This document shows, piece after piece, positions 25,474-34,929 of a stretch of DNA of 64,000 nucleotides. This DNA is from a virus. The number at the start of each line of letters is the position of its first letter. The first letter of the stretch is position 1. The translations under genes were made by a program, and so were the position numbers. Location: the IMG/VR virus record IMGVR_UViG_3300008116_000004; one strand, 5' to 3'. The notes beneath the pieces were generated by a model, which saw nothing but the letters and a program-made list of their open reading frames with translations, had not been told where the DNA came from and did no database searches.

Positions 25474-26532
25474 TTAACCAATCTTTTTAAACTTCTTGAG
25501 AAGGTTTGGATCAGCTGATCCCATTGGTACTGGTTGAGGTGCTGCAGGTGCGTTACCTGCACGTTGTTTTTTAATGAGTTCTGCATCTGCAGTTGCTGAT
25601 GCACCAATAGAAGCTAGTGCTGGCAATTTGCCACCAAACACATATGAGCCTGAATGTTGTAGATGCATCCATGGACACAACCATACCTTCATGCCAGCCT
25701 TGCGTACATTCTGACAGAACAGATAATCTTCAGAAAGATAGCGATCTGTTGAAGAATTAATCTTTGATTGTGCTTCTGCTAATGCATCAGATACTTCTTT
25801 ACTAGGAACTGATTCACCTGAAGCAATACGCTTAAGAAGTTCTTCATATTTTTTAATAGGATTGTGACGATCAACTTCAGCTTGGAAATACATACCGATC
25901 TTACGTGAACCATCAAACGCTTCTGTACGAACATGATCTGGTTTATACATAATTTCTGGATAAGCAGCAAGATACTTCTTAAAAGTATCCTTACGAATCA
26001 TCATAAACCCAGTACCAGTTTCTAGCACTTGTGCAGGTTCATCTAAACGAATAACTCTTGATGAAGGATCATTCTCATCAATTGCAGGGTTAAATACAAA
26101 GTCACCAACAAAATCTTCAAGTACATTAGGGTTTTGATCAGCTACACCTTTATCAACTGCCTGTTTAATCTTTTCCCAAGTAATACACTTCTTAGGATAA
26201 GGAGCTGCAATAACATCATATTCTGACTCTGGTGTCTGTAATGCCATCATAGCAATAACATCTTGTGGATTGAATCCAATGTCTGAGTCAATAAACAGGA
26301 GGTGCTCTGAATCTGAACGAATAAATTCATCTGCACAATAATTGCGTGCACGTGTGATCAATGATTCGTTAAACAAAAAGTATGAACGCACTTCAATGCC
26401 ATACTTAACACAGAGTGCAGTAAGATCACACATAGAACGTGTATACATCCCACCTGCCATACCACCATACATCGGTGTTGCTACAAACAACTTACGCTTT
26501 CTAAGCGCTTCTATATCAATTTTAATTTCCAT
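25474..26532 (-). CDS. GT-A-fold glycosyltransferase-like phage protein
   Basis: ATPMYGG, NESLITRARN, LFIDSDI (DxD), GTGFMMI, YLSEDY.FC. Confidence 0.7.
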   Translation of the reverse strand: MEIKIDIEALRKRKLFVATPMYGGMAGGMYTRSMCDLTALCVKYGIEVRSYFLFNESLITRARNYCADEFIRSDSEHLLFIDSDIGFNPQDVIAMMALQTPESEYDVIAAPYPKKCITWEKIKQAVDKGVADQNPNVLEDFVGDFVFNPAIDENDPSSRVIRLDEPAQVLETGTGFMMIRKDTFKKYLAAYPEIMYKPDHVRTEAFDGSRKIGMYFQAEVDRHNPIKKYEELLKRIASGESVPSKEVSDALAEAQSKINSSTDRYLSEDYLFCQNVRKAGMKVWLCPWMHLQHSGSYVFGGKLPALASIGASATADAELIKKQRAGNAPAAPQPVPMGSADPNLLKKFKKIG

Positions 26533-26546
26533 TTTTTATTTCCTTA

Positions 26547-26765
26547 TTACCACGAACCATCATCAATGATGAATTCTATTCTAAACATTAATAGTCTAAT
26601 AATTAACTGATGCATCTTAGGGTTAAAATCATCAGGTCTCCTATAATTAAAATCTAAACCCCAGCTTATAGGATTAAGAATAAACATAATTGATAAATTT
26701 GACCACCTAAGATAATTAAGTATACTTTTGATCATGCGCTTTGCCAATACCATAATCACCATCAT
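26547..26765 (-). CDS. Hypothetical protein
   Basis: ORF ending IDDGSW. Confidence 0.55.
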   Translation of the reverse strand: MMVIMVLAKRMIKSILNYLRWSNLSIMFILNPISWGLDFNYRRPDDFNPKMHQLIIRLLMFRIEFIIDDGSW

Positions 26766-27222
26766 ACTTCTTTAGTGATTGCGACTTAAAGAGAAGGAAC
26801 TGACCTACACGAGTTCCTTTCTTAATCTTTGCAGGTGCTGTTACATGGAGAGCACCTGCCATAACGCCATGATAGCCAGAATCGTATAGACCACTAGTAA
26901 TAAACAAACCATTGCGATTAAGGGTTGATCTAGTAATAACCCAGCCAGCCTCGTCAGATCCAACCTGGATAATATTTTCCATAATGATCTCATATGAGCC
27001 AGGATTGAGGTACCAATAACCTTCATTATCTGGATTGAGTTCTGTAGAACCTCTATGCTGTTTAGTTTCTTTGCCATTCTCTTCACCAATAACAAATGTC
27101 TTATCAAGATCCATTCTAAAGATCTTTTCCACCCGGAGGTCTACTGCATTAGGTTGAATATCAGTTAACTCTACATTAGTAAGAGTAGATTGAGTATCTT
27201 GTGCTGCAATATGTATCATCAT
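26716..27222 (-). CDS. Trimeric dUTPase/dCTP deaminase family protein
   Basis: QPNAVDLR, RSTLNRNG, SGLYDSGYHG. Confidence 0.85.
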   Translation of the reverse strand: MMIHIAAQDTQSTLTNVELTDIQPNAVDLRVEKIFRMDLDKTFVIGEENGKETKQHRGSTELNPDNEGYWYLNPGSYEIIMENIIQVGSDEAGWVITRSTLNRNGLFITSGLYDSGYHGVMAGALHVTAPAKIKKGTRVGQFLLFKSQSLKKYDGDYGIGKAHDQKYT

Positions 27223-27863
27223 GAAGCTTCATCCATAAAAAAATAAGGGTTTTCAAATGTATCAAAATGTCCTACAATCTCCATCATAGGCTGTCCTGGA
27301 ATAAATTGCCAGATATAATTTGGTTCTAACGGTCTCGAACCAGTAAATTTAGTAGATGATATATTACCTTGCTCATCAATAAACATAGGAGATATTTCAT
27401 TACGAAAGAGTTGTAAACCTACCCCATCTTCATAGTATAGACAAGAAAACGTACCATCAATATTGTTTAAGTTTTTTGTATACTTGTATTTGTGTAGTAT
27501 GAGATATGTATCCCATGTAATATATCCTAATGCTGCACCTGAACTTTCAATAAACTTTTTAATCCAGTTATCTTTAATAATACCATTATGCCAAAGATAA
27601 TGATTACCTATATTAGCTGGGTGTATAGAATTCTCTGATTTATTATCTGTTGTAGGTGCTTGCATATGAGCAATACAATATTGCCCTTCTGGTATATTTA
27701 CATCGTAAATAGGAAATAATCCTAATGCTTTTTGCATATATGTAATACGTTTAATTTTAGGATCATAGTAAGAAAATGAATAAGAATGCCCACCCCTGTA
27801 TGCATTAAGCATAGCAAGTTCTACTATTTTACCTTTATCGAAACTTCCAAATATACTACACAT
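27219..27863 (-). CDS. Class II (Ntn) glutamine amidotransferase (start revised so that Cys2 is N-terminal)
   Basis: MCSIFG, YRG, H.QAPT, HP, LWHNGII, WDT; coupled to the queC stop. Confidence 0.8.
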   Translation of the reverse strand: MCSIFGSFDKGKIVELAMLNAYRGGHSYSFSYYDPKIKRITYMQKALGLFPIYDVNIPEGQYCIAHMQAPTTDNKSENSIHPANIGNHYLWHNGIIKDNWIKKFIESSGAALGYITWDTYLILHKYKYTKNLNNIDGTFSCLYYEDGVGLQLFRNEISPMFIDEQGNISSTKFTGSRPLEPNYIWQFIPGQPMMEIVGHFDTFENPYFFMDEAS

Positions 27864-28630
27864 CATAGGCCTAGAGAATTGTAAGGTAAATATTTTTCCC
27901 AATCAATAGGAGGGTTATACGGAATAGGATCTTTTACCCTTGCTTTAATGAAGTTAGCAATTCGTTCAGAGCATGAAGGACATTTTCCGCAAGAGTTGCC
28001 ATTTTCATCAGGGTTATAGCAAGTAAGTGTGTAATCAAATCTAACATTACCTAACTCCTGTGCAATCATAATCTCATCATACTTAGAGAGCAAACTAAAA
28101 GGTGCTTCTAGTTTTACTTTATGTGTACGATTTTGATCTGCAACTGCATTCATACAATCAACAAACTTCTGAGTTGTATCCCAATAACCATATTCATCAT
28201 GTACTTGTAACCCAGTAAACACATGAGATGCTTTGTTTGATTCTGCAAATGAAAATGCTAGTGCATTAAGAATCATATTGCGGAACGGTACATAGGTTTT
28301 AGGTTGTGGATCTCCAAGAACTTCTTTGATGGTTGGCATAGCCACGTCAGTGCCGCCGATATTTGCACTGACATCCTTTACAATATCACCAAGAATTCCA
28401 AGATCCAATACTTTATGAGCAATACCAAGATGTTGACACGTTTTAGCAGCCATCTCAAGCTCTTTTACTTGCTTCTGTCCATAATTATATGATAAAGCAA
28501 ACACTCTATTATTGCCATACTTTTTAACAAGTATGTAAGTCATAATTGTAGAATCTAGACCACCAGAAAGAACTGATACTACATTTTGATCTGTATCAGG
28601 TAACTTACTTAATGCTTCGTTCATATTCAT
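27863..28630 (-). CDS. queC: 7-cyano-7-deazaguanine synthase QueC
   Basis: SGGLDS, YGQK, TYVPFRN, TCY..CGKCPSC. Confidence 0.95.
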   Translation of the reverse strand: MNMNEALSKLPDTDQNVVSVLSGGLDSTIMTYILVKKYGNNRVFALSYNYGQKQVKELEMAAKTCQHLGIAHKVLDLGILGDIVKDVSANIGGTDVAMPTIKEVLGDPQPKTYVPFRNMILNALAFSFAESNKASHVFTGLQVHDEYGYWDTTQKFVDCMNAVADQNRTHKVKLEAPFSLLSKYDEIMIAQELGNVRFDYTLTCYNPDENGNSCGKCPSCSERIANFIKARVKDPIPYNPPIDWEKYLPYNSLGL

Positions 28631-28961
28631 TTGCAATTTCTTCCTGTAAATACCACATTGCTTTGTGTAAATCTTCTAGACGCTTTGCTGGATCTTTTTT
28701 ACCTGCTCGTGCAACATACTTAACTACATTACCGAGTGAGAAGCTTAACTCCCACGCACGAATAACTTTAATGACTTCATATGGATTATCTTTACCACCA
28801 TAATGATCTGGGTGATTTACTGCCTCTTTTTTACGAGTAGTCTCTCTATGAACTGGTTGATGTACAACTTCTTTTTCTGTTGCAGGTTGTACAGCAGGTA
28901 TAACCGGTCTTGCTGGAACACTACCACTAGTAATTATACTACCACCTGTTTTAATAGCCAT
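28605..28961 (-). CDS. DUF3310 protein
   Basis: VNHPDHY, GNVVKY..RAGKK, EDL.KA.WYL. Confidence 0.88.
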   Translation of the reverse strand: MAIKTGGSIITSGSVPARPVIPAVQPATEKEVVHQPVHRETTRKKEAVNHPDHYGGKDNPYEVIKVIRAWELSFSLGNVVKYVARAGKKDPAKRLEDLHKAMWYLQEEIANEYERSIK

Positions 28962-28962
28962 A

Positions 28963-29898
28963 TTATTGCCTCAATGTTTTAGTGTTTAACTTACCTGCAT
29001 CAACCAAGTCTCTTGCATACTTGAAAATTAAATGATCATTAGTTGCGCGTACTGGATTAATATCAATACCACCACGGCGTGTATAAAGACATGATACAAG
29101 AAGTTGATCTGGTTCTAATAAATCATAAAGTCTCTTATAGACACATTCACATATTTCTTCATGAAAGTGATTTTCTCTACGCATAGAAACAATATACTGT
29201 AGAAGTGATTCTGGTGTTACTGTCTTATTACCTTTGATTGAGATGTAAATATCACCCCAGTCAGGTTGGTTAGTAACACGACAGTTTGAACGAAGAACTG
29301 CTGAACGCCAGTTATAATGTGCGTCAGGGTTAGTATCTTTTACTACTAAGATAGCAGGATCTTCGTTATATTGATTAAACTCAATCTTCTCTACATTAAC
29401 ACTATGTTCAAGAGATATAAATGAGAAATTACCAATAGGTGATGAACAGGATGTGCTTTCATCACAAAATGCTACTTGAATTGCATCTTGTTCAACACCT
29501 AATGTTTTAGAAAGGTCTCTGTAGATAATATCTACTACTTCATCAATAACATCAGAAACTGTATCACCTAAACGTGCCATATTAAATGAGTTCATATAAA
29601 GCTTAAGTGATTTTGATTCTACAATGTTAGGTGAATCAGACGGATACACACAACGAATAACCCCGCAAACAGGAAAACCGTTTGTAGTAAGGGTGGAAAA
29701 CTCATAACAATTCCAAGTATCGTACCCAACAAAAGGAAGATTATCATCATCGATGTTATAGACGGTACGATTAAGATGGCGAGGGATACCGACGAGTAAA
29801 GTAGGATCAATGTTATCAGGAGTAACATAAGGTTTAACAACTGAACCATCACCAGCTTTTCCTAGGTGCACAGACGCAATATCTTCAATATTAACCAT
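28963..29898 (-). CDS. queF: NADPH-dependent preQ0 reductase QueF, bimodular type (start revised to 29898)
   Basis: ESKSLKLY QueF motif; RSNCRVTNQPDWG; HFHEEICE; YTRRGGIDINP. Confidence 0.93.
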   Translation of the reverse strand: MVNIEDIASVHLGKAGDGSVVKPYVTPDNIDPTLLVGIPRHLNRTVYNIDDDNLPFVGYDTWNCYEFSTLTTNGFPVCGVIRCVYPSDSPNIVESKSLKLYMNSFNMARLGDTVSDVIDEVVDIIYRDLSKTLGVEQDAIQVAFCDESTSCSSPIGNFSFISLEHSVNVEKIEFNQYNEDPAILVVKDTNPDAHYNWRSAVLRSNCRVTNQPDWGDIYISIKGNKTVTPESLLQYIVSMRRENHFHEEICECVYKRLYDLLEPDQLLVSCLYTRRGGIDINPVRATNDHLIFKYARDLVDAGKLNTKTLRQ

Positions 29899-30127
29899 TT
29901 TTCTTTTCCTCATATGCAATTGCAAATTCTAAAAACTTAGCAGCTTTCTTAAGATCTTGAAGTACAGGATCTTTATTACCTGCTCTCCAAACATACTTAA
30001 AAGCTTGAAATCGATTATAATCTGTAAACGTATCGTTAGTAGAAGTCTTACATAATTCTTCAATCACATCAATACATTCATACTTACTATCACCTTTATA
30101 GTGACTAGGTCTAATAGCATCAGACAT
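29891..30127 (-). CDS. DUF3310 protein
   Basis: PSHY..ECID, KYVWRAG.K, QDLKKA. Confidence 0.85.
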   Translation of the reverse strand: MSDAIRPSHYKGDSKYECIDVIEELCKTSTNDTFTDYNRFQAFKYVWRAGNKDPVLQDLKKAAKFLEFAIAYEEKKNG

Positions 30128-30653
30128 TAATATGCTCCGGTAAGAATTCTAACCATGATTGTAGTGAACAATCCTTTAGTGTATTATAAAGCTCTTCTTT
30201 AGTAATGCAAGTGTTATCTCTAAGAACACTATGAACTACTTCACCTTCATCTACCCCTTCAGTTACTTTATGAATAACCGATCCAATAGTATGATACTTG
30301 GCATGACCTTCCCAAGTTTTCTCTTGAGGGTCTTTACCTTTAAGTTCTGGATGTAGATGAATAGCTGCAGGATGTCCGTTAAAGATATCATGCATTGTTA
30401 CAATATCTTTAGGAATAATTTTAAGATAACCATGAAGTGTTATAAAACATCTTCGTTTAGTAAAACGCAATGAGTTATGAATAGCCTCAAAGTTCATAAT
30501 AGTGACCTTATCTACCGGTATATTATGTGACCATTGATCTTCATTTCTATTATTAGTAATAATATCAGTAGGCCAGACATCGAAGTGATCACAAATCTTC
30601 TTGAGTTCACTTCCTGTCTGACTAAAGAGTGCTATCCAAGGTCTCAATTGCAA
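30120..30653 (-). CDS. Formyltransferase (PurN-like; DpdN-like preQ1 formyltransferase)
   Basis: FSQTGSE, LHGYLKI, NGHP, GS..H.V...VDEG; position inside the 7-deazaguanine cluster. Confidence 0.8.
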   Translation of the reverse strand: MQLRPWIALFSQTGSELKKICDHFDVWPTDIITNNRNEDQWSHNIPVDKVTIMNFEAIHNSLRFTKRRCFITLHGYLKIIPKDIVTMHDIFNGHPAAIHLHPELKGKDPQEKTWEGHAKYHTIGSVIHKVTEGVDEGEVVHSVLRDNTCITKEELYNTLKDCSLQSWLEFLPEHINV

Positions 30654-31435
30654 AACTTTCTAAACTGTTCAATATTACCTTTAATAAACTCAAGTTGCAT
30701 ATCTGTTACTTCTTCAGACATGTACTCAATAAGCTTAGTAGAGATCTTATCATCAAGACCAGTAGGACGATACTGCACACCATTTAATCCGTGAACAATA
30801 GGATTAGAAGTATCCACAGAATCAATCCACTTGTAATCTTTATAAGCAATAAACTCTTGAGGAAGACCGCAGCCGAGAAGGTGATGAGGCTTGTTAGTAT
30901 CAATAATACCATCATTGAGAAGATCACTCAATAGTTTCTGACGACCTAGCATCCAAGCTGCATACTTATTAATAGGTCTAAGATTTTCTGTTGATGCAAT
31001 ATAATATGAGTAATCAAAAGAGATTGCAACTTTATCTACACGAGGTGCAATGTCTTTATAGCAGTCAACTATCTCTTTATAAGTCTTCCCTTGTACAACA
31101 CCTATTGACTTAATAGAAGGATTTACTGCATACTTTGCTAGCCATTTATCCATCTTACGTAGAGTACCTAGAGTATCTTCTAAGATGTCAGGTATAATAT
31201 ACCAAGTAGGTTGTAATTTCTCAATCCATTTGAAGTATACATCACCGTCAAATGACTCGCCTAATTCAAAGATAGAATTATCAAGAATAACTTCACGACC
31301 ATTAATTACTGCATCCTTGAACATACGGTAGTATACCATATTAGATTCAAAAAGATGAACCAATGCATAATCATAATCGGTCATGCGCTGGACAGTAGGA
31401 AATATACTTATAGGAGCTTCATGCGCAATTTTCAT
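30644..31435 (-). CDS. TGT-fold 7-deazaguanine transglycosylase (DpdA-like)
   Basis: ILDNS, PD, GVVQG, HHLLG, DSVDTS mirror TGT-family TIM-barrel motifs; cluster context. Confidence 0.72.
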   Translation of the reverse strand: MKIAHEAPISIFPTVQRMTDYDYALVHLFESNMVYYRMFKDAVINGREVILDNSIFELGESFDGDVYFKWIEKLQPTWYIIPDILEDTLGTLRKMDKWLAKYAVNPSIKSIGVVQGKTYKEIVDCYKDIAPRVDKVAISFDYSYYIASTENLRPINKYAAWMLGRQKLLSDLLNDGIIDTNKPHHLLGCGLPQEFIAYKDYKWIDSVDTSNPIVHGLNGVQYRPTGLDDKISTKLIEYMSEEVTDMQLEFIKGNIEQFRKFCN

Positions 31436-31793
31436 TCAATACACCTTTATTCATAATAGCAAAGATCTGTTGAATCTCATCATAGTTCCATTTGCGCATT
31501 TCTGTAATGCCAGAAATTTGATCTGGTTCATACCAATTATGAAATTTATTTTCTTTGCCTTTTATAGTATCCATTATTAGCTTTTCTAATGATAATGCTT
31601 CTTCTTCTGTTTCACAATAAACTGAATGCATTACTTTAATGTCAGTAAAGTAGTTACTAATAGGATAAGGCTCATCAGAACCTCTATACATAAGTCTATC
31701 CATAGCATCTCTAGACTTAGTAATACCTACTTTATATACTACTTTAGGAATAGCAGTAGTACGTTTAAGTTTAGCCAAATAAACTTTATACAT
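31419..31793 (-). CDS. GIY-YIG-like (T5orf172-type) putative nuclease
   Basis: VYLA..VYKVGIT....DR, LE, TE motifs. Confidence 0.55.
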   Translation of the reverse strand: MYKVYLAKLKRTTAIPKVVYKVGITKSRDAMDRLMYRGSDEPYPISNYFTDIKVMHSVYCETEEEALSLEKLIMDTIKGKENKFHNWYEPDQISGITEMRKWNYDEIQQIFAIMNKGVLNENCA

Positions 31794-32235
31794 AATGAAT
31801 CATCCAATCCACTACTAGATTAGTATTTTTAACTTTCCTTTTATCCTGACTATTAAGTGATGGTGAATAAAGAAATTCATTATTAGCAAGATCTGCTTTT
31901 TTATAAAACTCATCATGCGGTATTTTAGACACAAACTGATTAAAACGATCTATAATCTTAAGAGTATCAAATCTATTTTCTTTACCTACAATACCTTTCA
32001 TACGAATATACTCATTCGAATGTATATTTACTACTTTTACTTCTACACGCTCTCCAGTCTTAGGATCATAATGATCATAACCTGGATTATGAGAAGATGT
32101 CAAAATATGGCCATCTTCTTTTGCACTCATATGTTCCATAATAATTGCTGCAAATGTAGCGTTAGTTTTAATTAACTCTTTTAAATTTTTACGACCATAC
32201 TTTTCAACTTGAGCATCTGTATATAAAAATGACAT
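31786..32235 (-). CDS. Putative PD-(D/E)XK nuclease
   Basis: E...PGYD(x8)VEVK motif. Confidence 0.55.
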   Translation of the reverse strand: MSFLYTDAQVEKYGRKNLKELIKTNATFAAIIMEHMSAKEDGHILTSSHNPGYDHYDPKTGERVEVKVVNIHSNEYIRMKGIVGKENRFDTLKIIDRFNQFVSKIPHDEFYKKADLANNEFLYSPSLNSQDKRKVKNTNLVVDWMIHYV

Positions 32236-32236
32236 G

Positions 32237-32464
32237 TTACTTGACCTTCATTCCATAGCCTGAAAAGGCAAAATTGGTTGCAAAAGTATCTAAACGTTTA
32301 CCAGATAGAGTCTGTATATCTCTAAGTGCCTTAACCTTAGTATCGGTTTTAGCATGAGATACTGCAAGCAATTCTTTGAAGGCTTCTCGTTTTTGTTCAG
32401 TAGTCTCTGACTTCCAAACTTTTTGTACGTATTTGTCTAGATTAATCATAGGTAATTTCTCCAT
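32237..32464 (-). CDS. Hypothetical early protein
   Basis: Follows the promoter at 32493-32521. Confidence 0.7.
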   Translation of the reverse strand: MEKLPMINLDKYVQKVWKSETTEQKREAFKELLAVSHAKTDTKVKALRDIQTLSGKRLDTFATNFAFSGYGMKVK

Positions 32465-32465
32465 T

Positions 32466-32499
32466 TTTTACCTGGTCTTCTAGCGACAATTAAATATAG
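32466..32499. repeat. 34-bp element duplicated in inverted orientation at 43536-43569
   Basis: ttttacctggtcttctagcgacaattaaatatag is the exact reverse complement of 43536-43569. Confidence 0.9.
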
Positions 32500-32521
32500 A
32501 CTATTTTTGAAATAAGTGCAA
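32493..32521 (-). promoter_or_regulatory. Early promoter TTGCAC-N17-TATATT
   Basis: Recurring early promoter motif. Confidence 0.65.
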
Positions 32522-32546
32522 CTAATAAAAAACTCAATGATTTCAA

Positions 32547-33314
32547 TTAGTTACATGAATATCTACTGGTTTGAAGCTTGATATTACTATAGAATTCGTT
32601 CTTAACTGAAGGATCATCTAAGAAATCTCCGAGTAATACCGCTGTTTGAGTCATTGAGTTAGATGCACCAATTCCTCTGTTTTCACAGCAACCATGTTTT
32701 GCTTCGATGTATACACCAACGTCTTTTGACTCTGTTGCTTTACTAATTGCCTTTGCAATATCACCGCAAAGCTCTTCTTGAAGAGTCCCACGACGAGCAC
32801 AGTGCTGAGCAATACGAATATACTTACTAAGACCGATAACACGAGTGTGAGGTATGACACCGATGTATGCGGTACCTGTAACTGGTTGATGATGATGTGA
32901 ACACATAGACTTAAGTTCAGCCCTAACCACAAGCATACCATGATAAGGCTCTGTACCATGCGATCCATCATTAGGGAACGAAGTAACCTTAGGTTCATTA
33001 TGATACCTTCCACTCATAATTTCATTAACATACATCTTAGCAAGACGTCTTGCTGTACCATGAGAGTTTGGATCATTATCAACATCGATTAATAATGAAC
33101 GTAGCACCCCATCAAACTTCTCTGCTACCTCGTCAATGAGTAACTTACGATCATCATCGTCCATAAATTGGCTAATGTTATCGTTGGCAAAAAAACGAGC
33201 ATTTGCATCTTTAATTTTCTTTCTTATTTTCATTGAAACTGGGTTAAAACTAATAGCAGTTTCAATAGCTGTAGGCACTGAAAAACTAACTGGTCCTTTT
33301 ACTTCATTACTCAT
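32547..33314 (-). CDS. folE: GTP cyclohydrolase I FolE
   Basis: SMCSHH, IGLSK..R, R..LQE, HGC...RG. Confidence 0.95.
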   Translation of the reverse strand: MSNEVKGPVSFSVPTAIETAISFNPVSMKIRKKIKDANARFFANDNISQFMDDDDRKLLIDEVAEKFDGVLRSLLIDVDNDPNSHGTARRLAKMYVNEIMSGRYHNEPKVTSFPNDGSHGTEPYHGMLVVRAELKSMCSHHHQPVTGTAYIGVIPHTRVIGLSKYIRIAQHCARRGTLQEELCGDIAKAISKATESKDVGVYIEAKHGCCENRGIGASNSMTQTAVLLGDFLDDPSVKNEFYSNIKLQTSRYSCN

Positions 33315-33808
33315 GCGAACAAATCCTCATTCCATTCTCTATGACCTTCACGATAAGCCATGTTAGCTATCGTTTCACGAACTTCAACTTTAAAGCACCA
33401 GAGACGTTCTGCTTCACCTGGCCCCCACATATCAGGAATGTACACACCATTAACATACTTATAGAGCATGTCTGAAAGTCCTTCACAACCTAATTTTGGT
33501 AGAATAGTTAGTTTAGCTAAATTTTTACTTTCTAGCAACTTAAATGTTTCCATTTCTGGATCATCTTGTGCAACTAGCAATGTATGATCAAACTGATCCT
33601 CAAGTACCTTCTTTAGCTCTTTAAGACCACCATAATCAGCTACCCAATTACGAATATCAAGGTGATCTGATCCAAAGTAAAATTTCATAGAGAAAGAATA
33701 ACCATGAATAAGATTACAATGACTATCTGCTCTCCATTGACGATATGCGCATGGAAAAGCATTATGGTATTCTTTAGTGCTAACGTATTTGTATGTTCTT
33801 GGTTCCAT
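33311..33808 (-). CDS. queD: 6-carboxy-tetrahydropterin synthase QueD
   Basis: C.LIHGY, DYG.LK, FDH, E..ET. Confidence 0.88.
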   Translation of the reverse strand: MEPRTYKYVSTKEYHNAFPCAYRQWRADSHCNLIHGYSFSMKFYFGSDHLDIRNWVADYGGLKELKKVLEDQFDHTLLVAQDDPEMETFKLLESKNLAKLTILPKLGCEGLSDMLYKYVNGVYIPDMWGPGEAERLWCFKVEVRETIANMAYREGHREWNEDLFA

Positions 33809-33809
33809 T

Positions 33810-34025
33810 TTATTTCCTCATGAACGTTTCTATTCTACGGTCAATATATTCATCTAAATGTTTTTTAAACTTATCTTTTGCAGAAGGTATAATAATATTT
33901 CTAATATTATCTGCTTTACGCCATTCACCTTCTTTATTGTGATGCCATTCATCATCTAAAGCATCAATAAGATATTCTAAAGATGTAATAACATCTTCAA
34001 TAATTTCACTACTTTTTCTTGGCAT
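33810..34025 (-). CDS. Hypothetical protein (start revised to 34025)
   Basis: TAATG coupling to the queE stop. Confidence 0.6.
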   Translation of the reverse strand: MPRKSSEIIEDVITSLEYLIDALDDEWHHNKEGEWRKADNIRNIIIPSAKDKFKKHLDEYIDRRIETFMRK

Positions 34026-34888
34026 TATGTACCCCAGGCATTCTTCCAGAGTTGTACCTGTAAACGAGGAGTATAACGCCATCCATGTTTCATTGCAAGG
34101 TCTGCAACCCATTTTTCATTAGTATCATATACCTTTGTAGTACCACCTGCAGGCATAAGGTAGATTGGAATATGCTGCATTGCACCACGTAGTGTCATAG
34201 AATAATCATCGATAGCTTTAATTACATCTTGATAATCTTCTTCATTAGATACTACCCATTTAAAATAAGTAAGATTACCTATATCGTAATATTGTTTAAT
34301 AATTTCTGGACGGATAGCTTCTTCCCACTTTTCACCTGAAGAAGGTAATTTTGAAGATACACTGAATGTGATGTTAAGATCAGAATAACTATCATTAGAT
34401 TTAAACCATTCAATTAACTCTGATTTTAATTCTTGTGTACCGTTAGTCTCAAATGTAATGTGAGTAAGATTCATGTCACGTTTAAAGAGTTCTTCAAACA
34501 ATGCAATATATGAACGTTGCCATCCTAGTAATGGTTCACCTCCGGTGAGAATTAGATGTTTATCTGGTCCAAATTTACCGTCTGGCAAAAGTTCTTGTAT
34601 CTTATCAACAATTGCTTCTACAGTTAACATTGGTGAAAGATGCTTGAAGCGTACATCCCAAGATGCATATGAATCACACCCAGTGTGTACTAACGGTAAA
34701 TTTTCATACTGGGTATATTGATTAGGATCAACTGAAAGACGTTCTTCAGATAGTTGACCACGAGGCATACCAAATCCAGCGCATTGAAAATTACAACCAA
34801 ACACGCGCAGAAAAACGCTTGGAGTTCCAAGATACTGTCCTTCACCTTGAAGTGAATAGAACAGTTCAGCGACTTTAATTTTTGACAT
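34025..34888 (-). CDS. queE: 7-carboxy-7-deazaguanine synthase QueE (radical SAM)
   Basis: ELFYSLQGEG, FLRVFGCNFQC...GCDS, TGGEP, ETNG, PRLQV.LW. Confidence 0.93.
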   Translation of the reverse strand: MSKIKVAELFYSLQGEGQYLGTPSVFLRVFGCNFQCAGFGMPRGQLSEERLSVDPNQYTQYENLPLVHTGCDSYASWDVRFKHLSPMLTVEAIVDKIQELLPDGKFGPDKHLILTGGEPLLGWQRSYIALFEELFKRDMNLTHITFETNGTQELKSELIEWFKSNDSYSDLNITFSVSSKLPSSGEKWEEAIRPEIIKQYYDIGNLTYFKWVVSNEEDYQDVIKAIDDYSMTLRGAMQHIPIYLMPAGGTTKVYDTNEKWVADLAMKHGWRYTPRLQVQLWKNAWGT

Positions 34889-34929
34889 TATTTGCTCCTA
34901 GTTTTGTTTAATCAGTGGAAGGGCACTGA

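Noticed and set aside
26716-34888. que genes as an auxiliary pathway for tRNA queuosine (tRNA-Asn GTT is a Q substrate)
   Set aside because: No queA, queG/queH or canonical zinc-binding Tgt in the window. The formyltransferase and DpdA-like gene point to DNA modification. A side contribution to host Q is not excluded.
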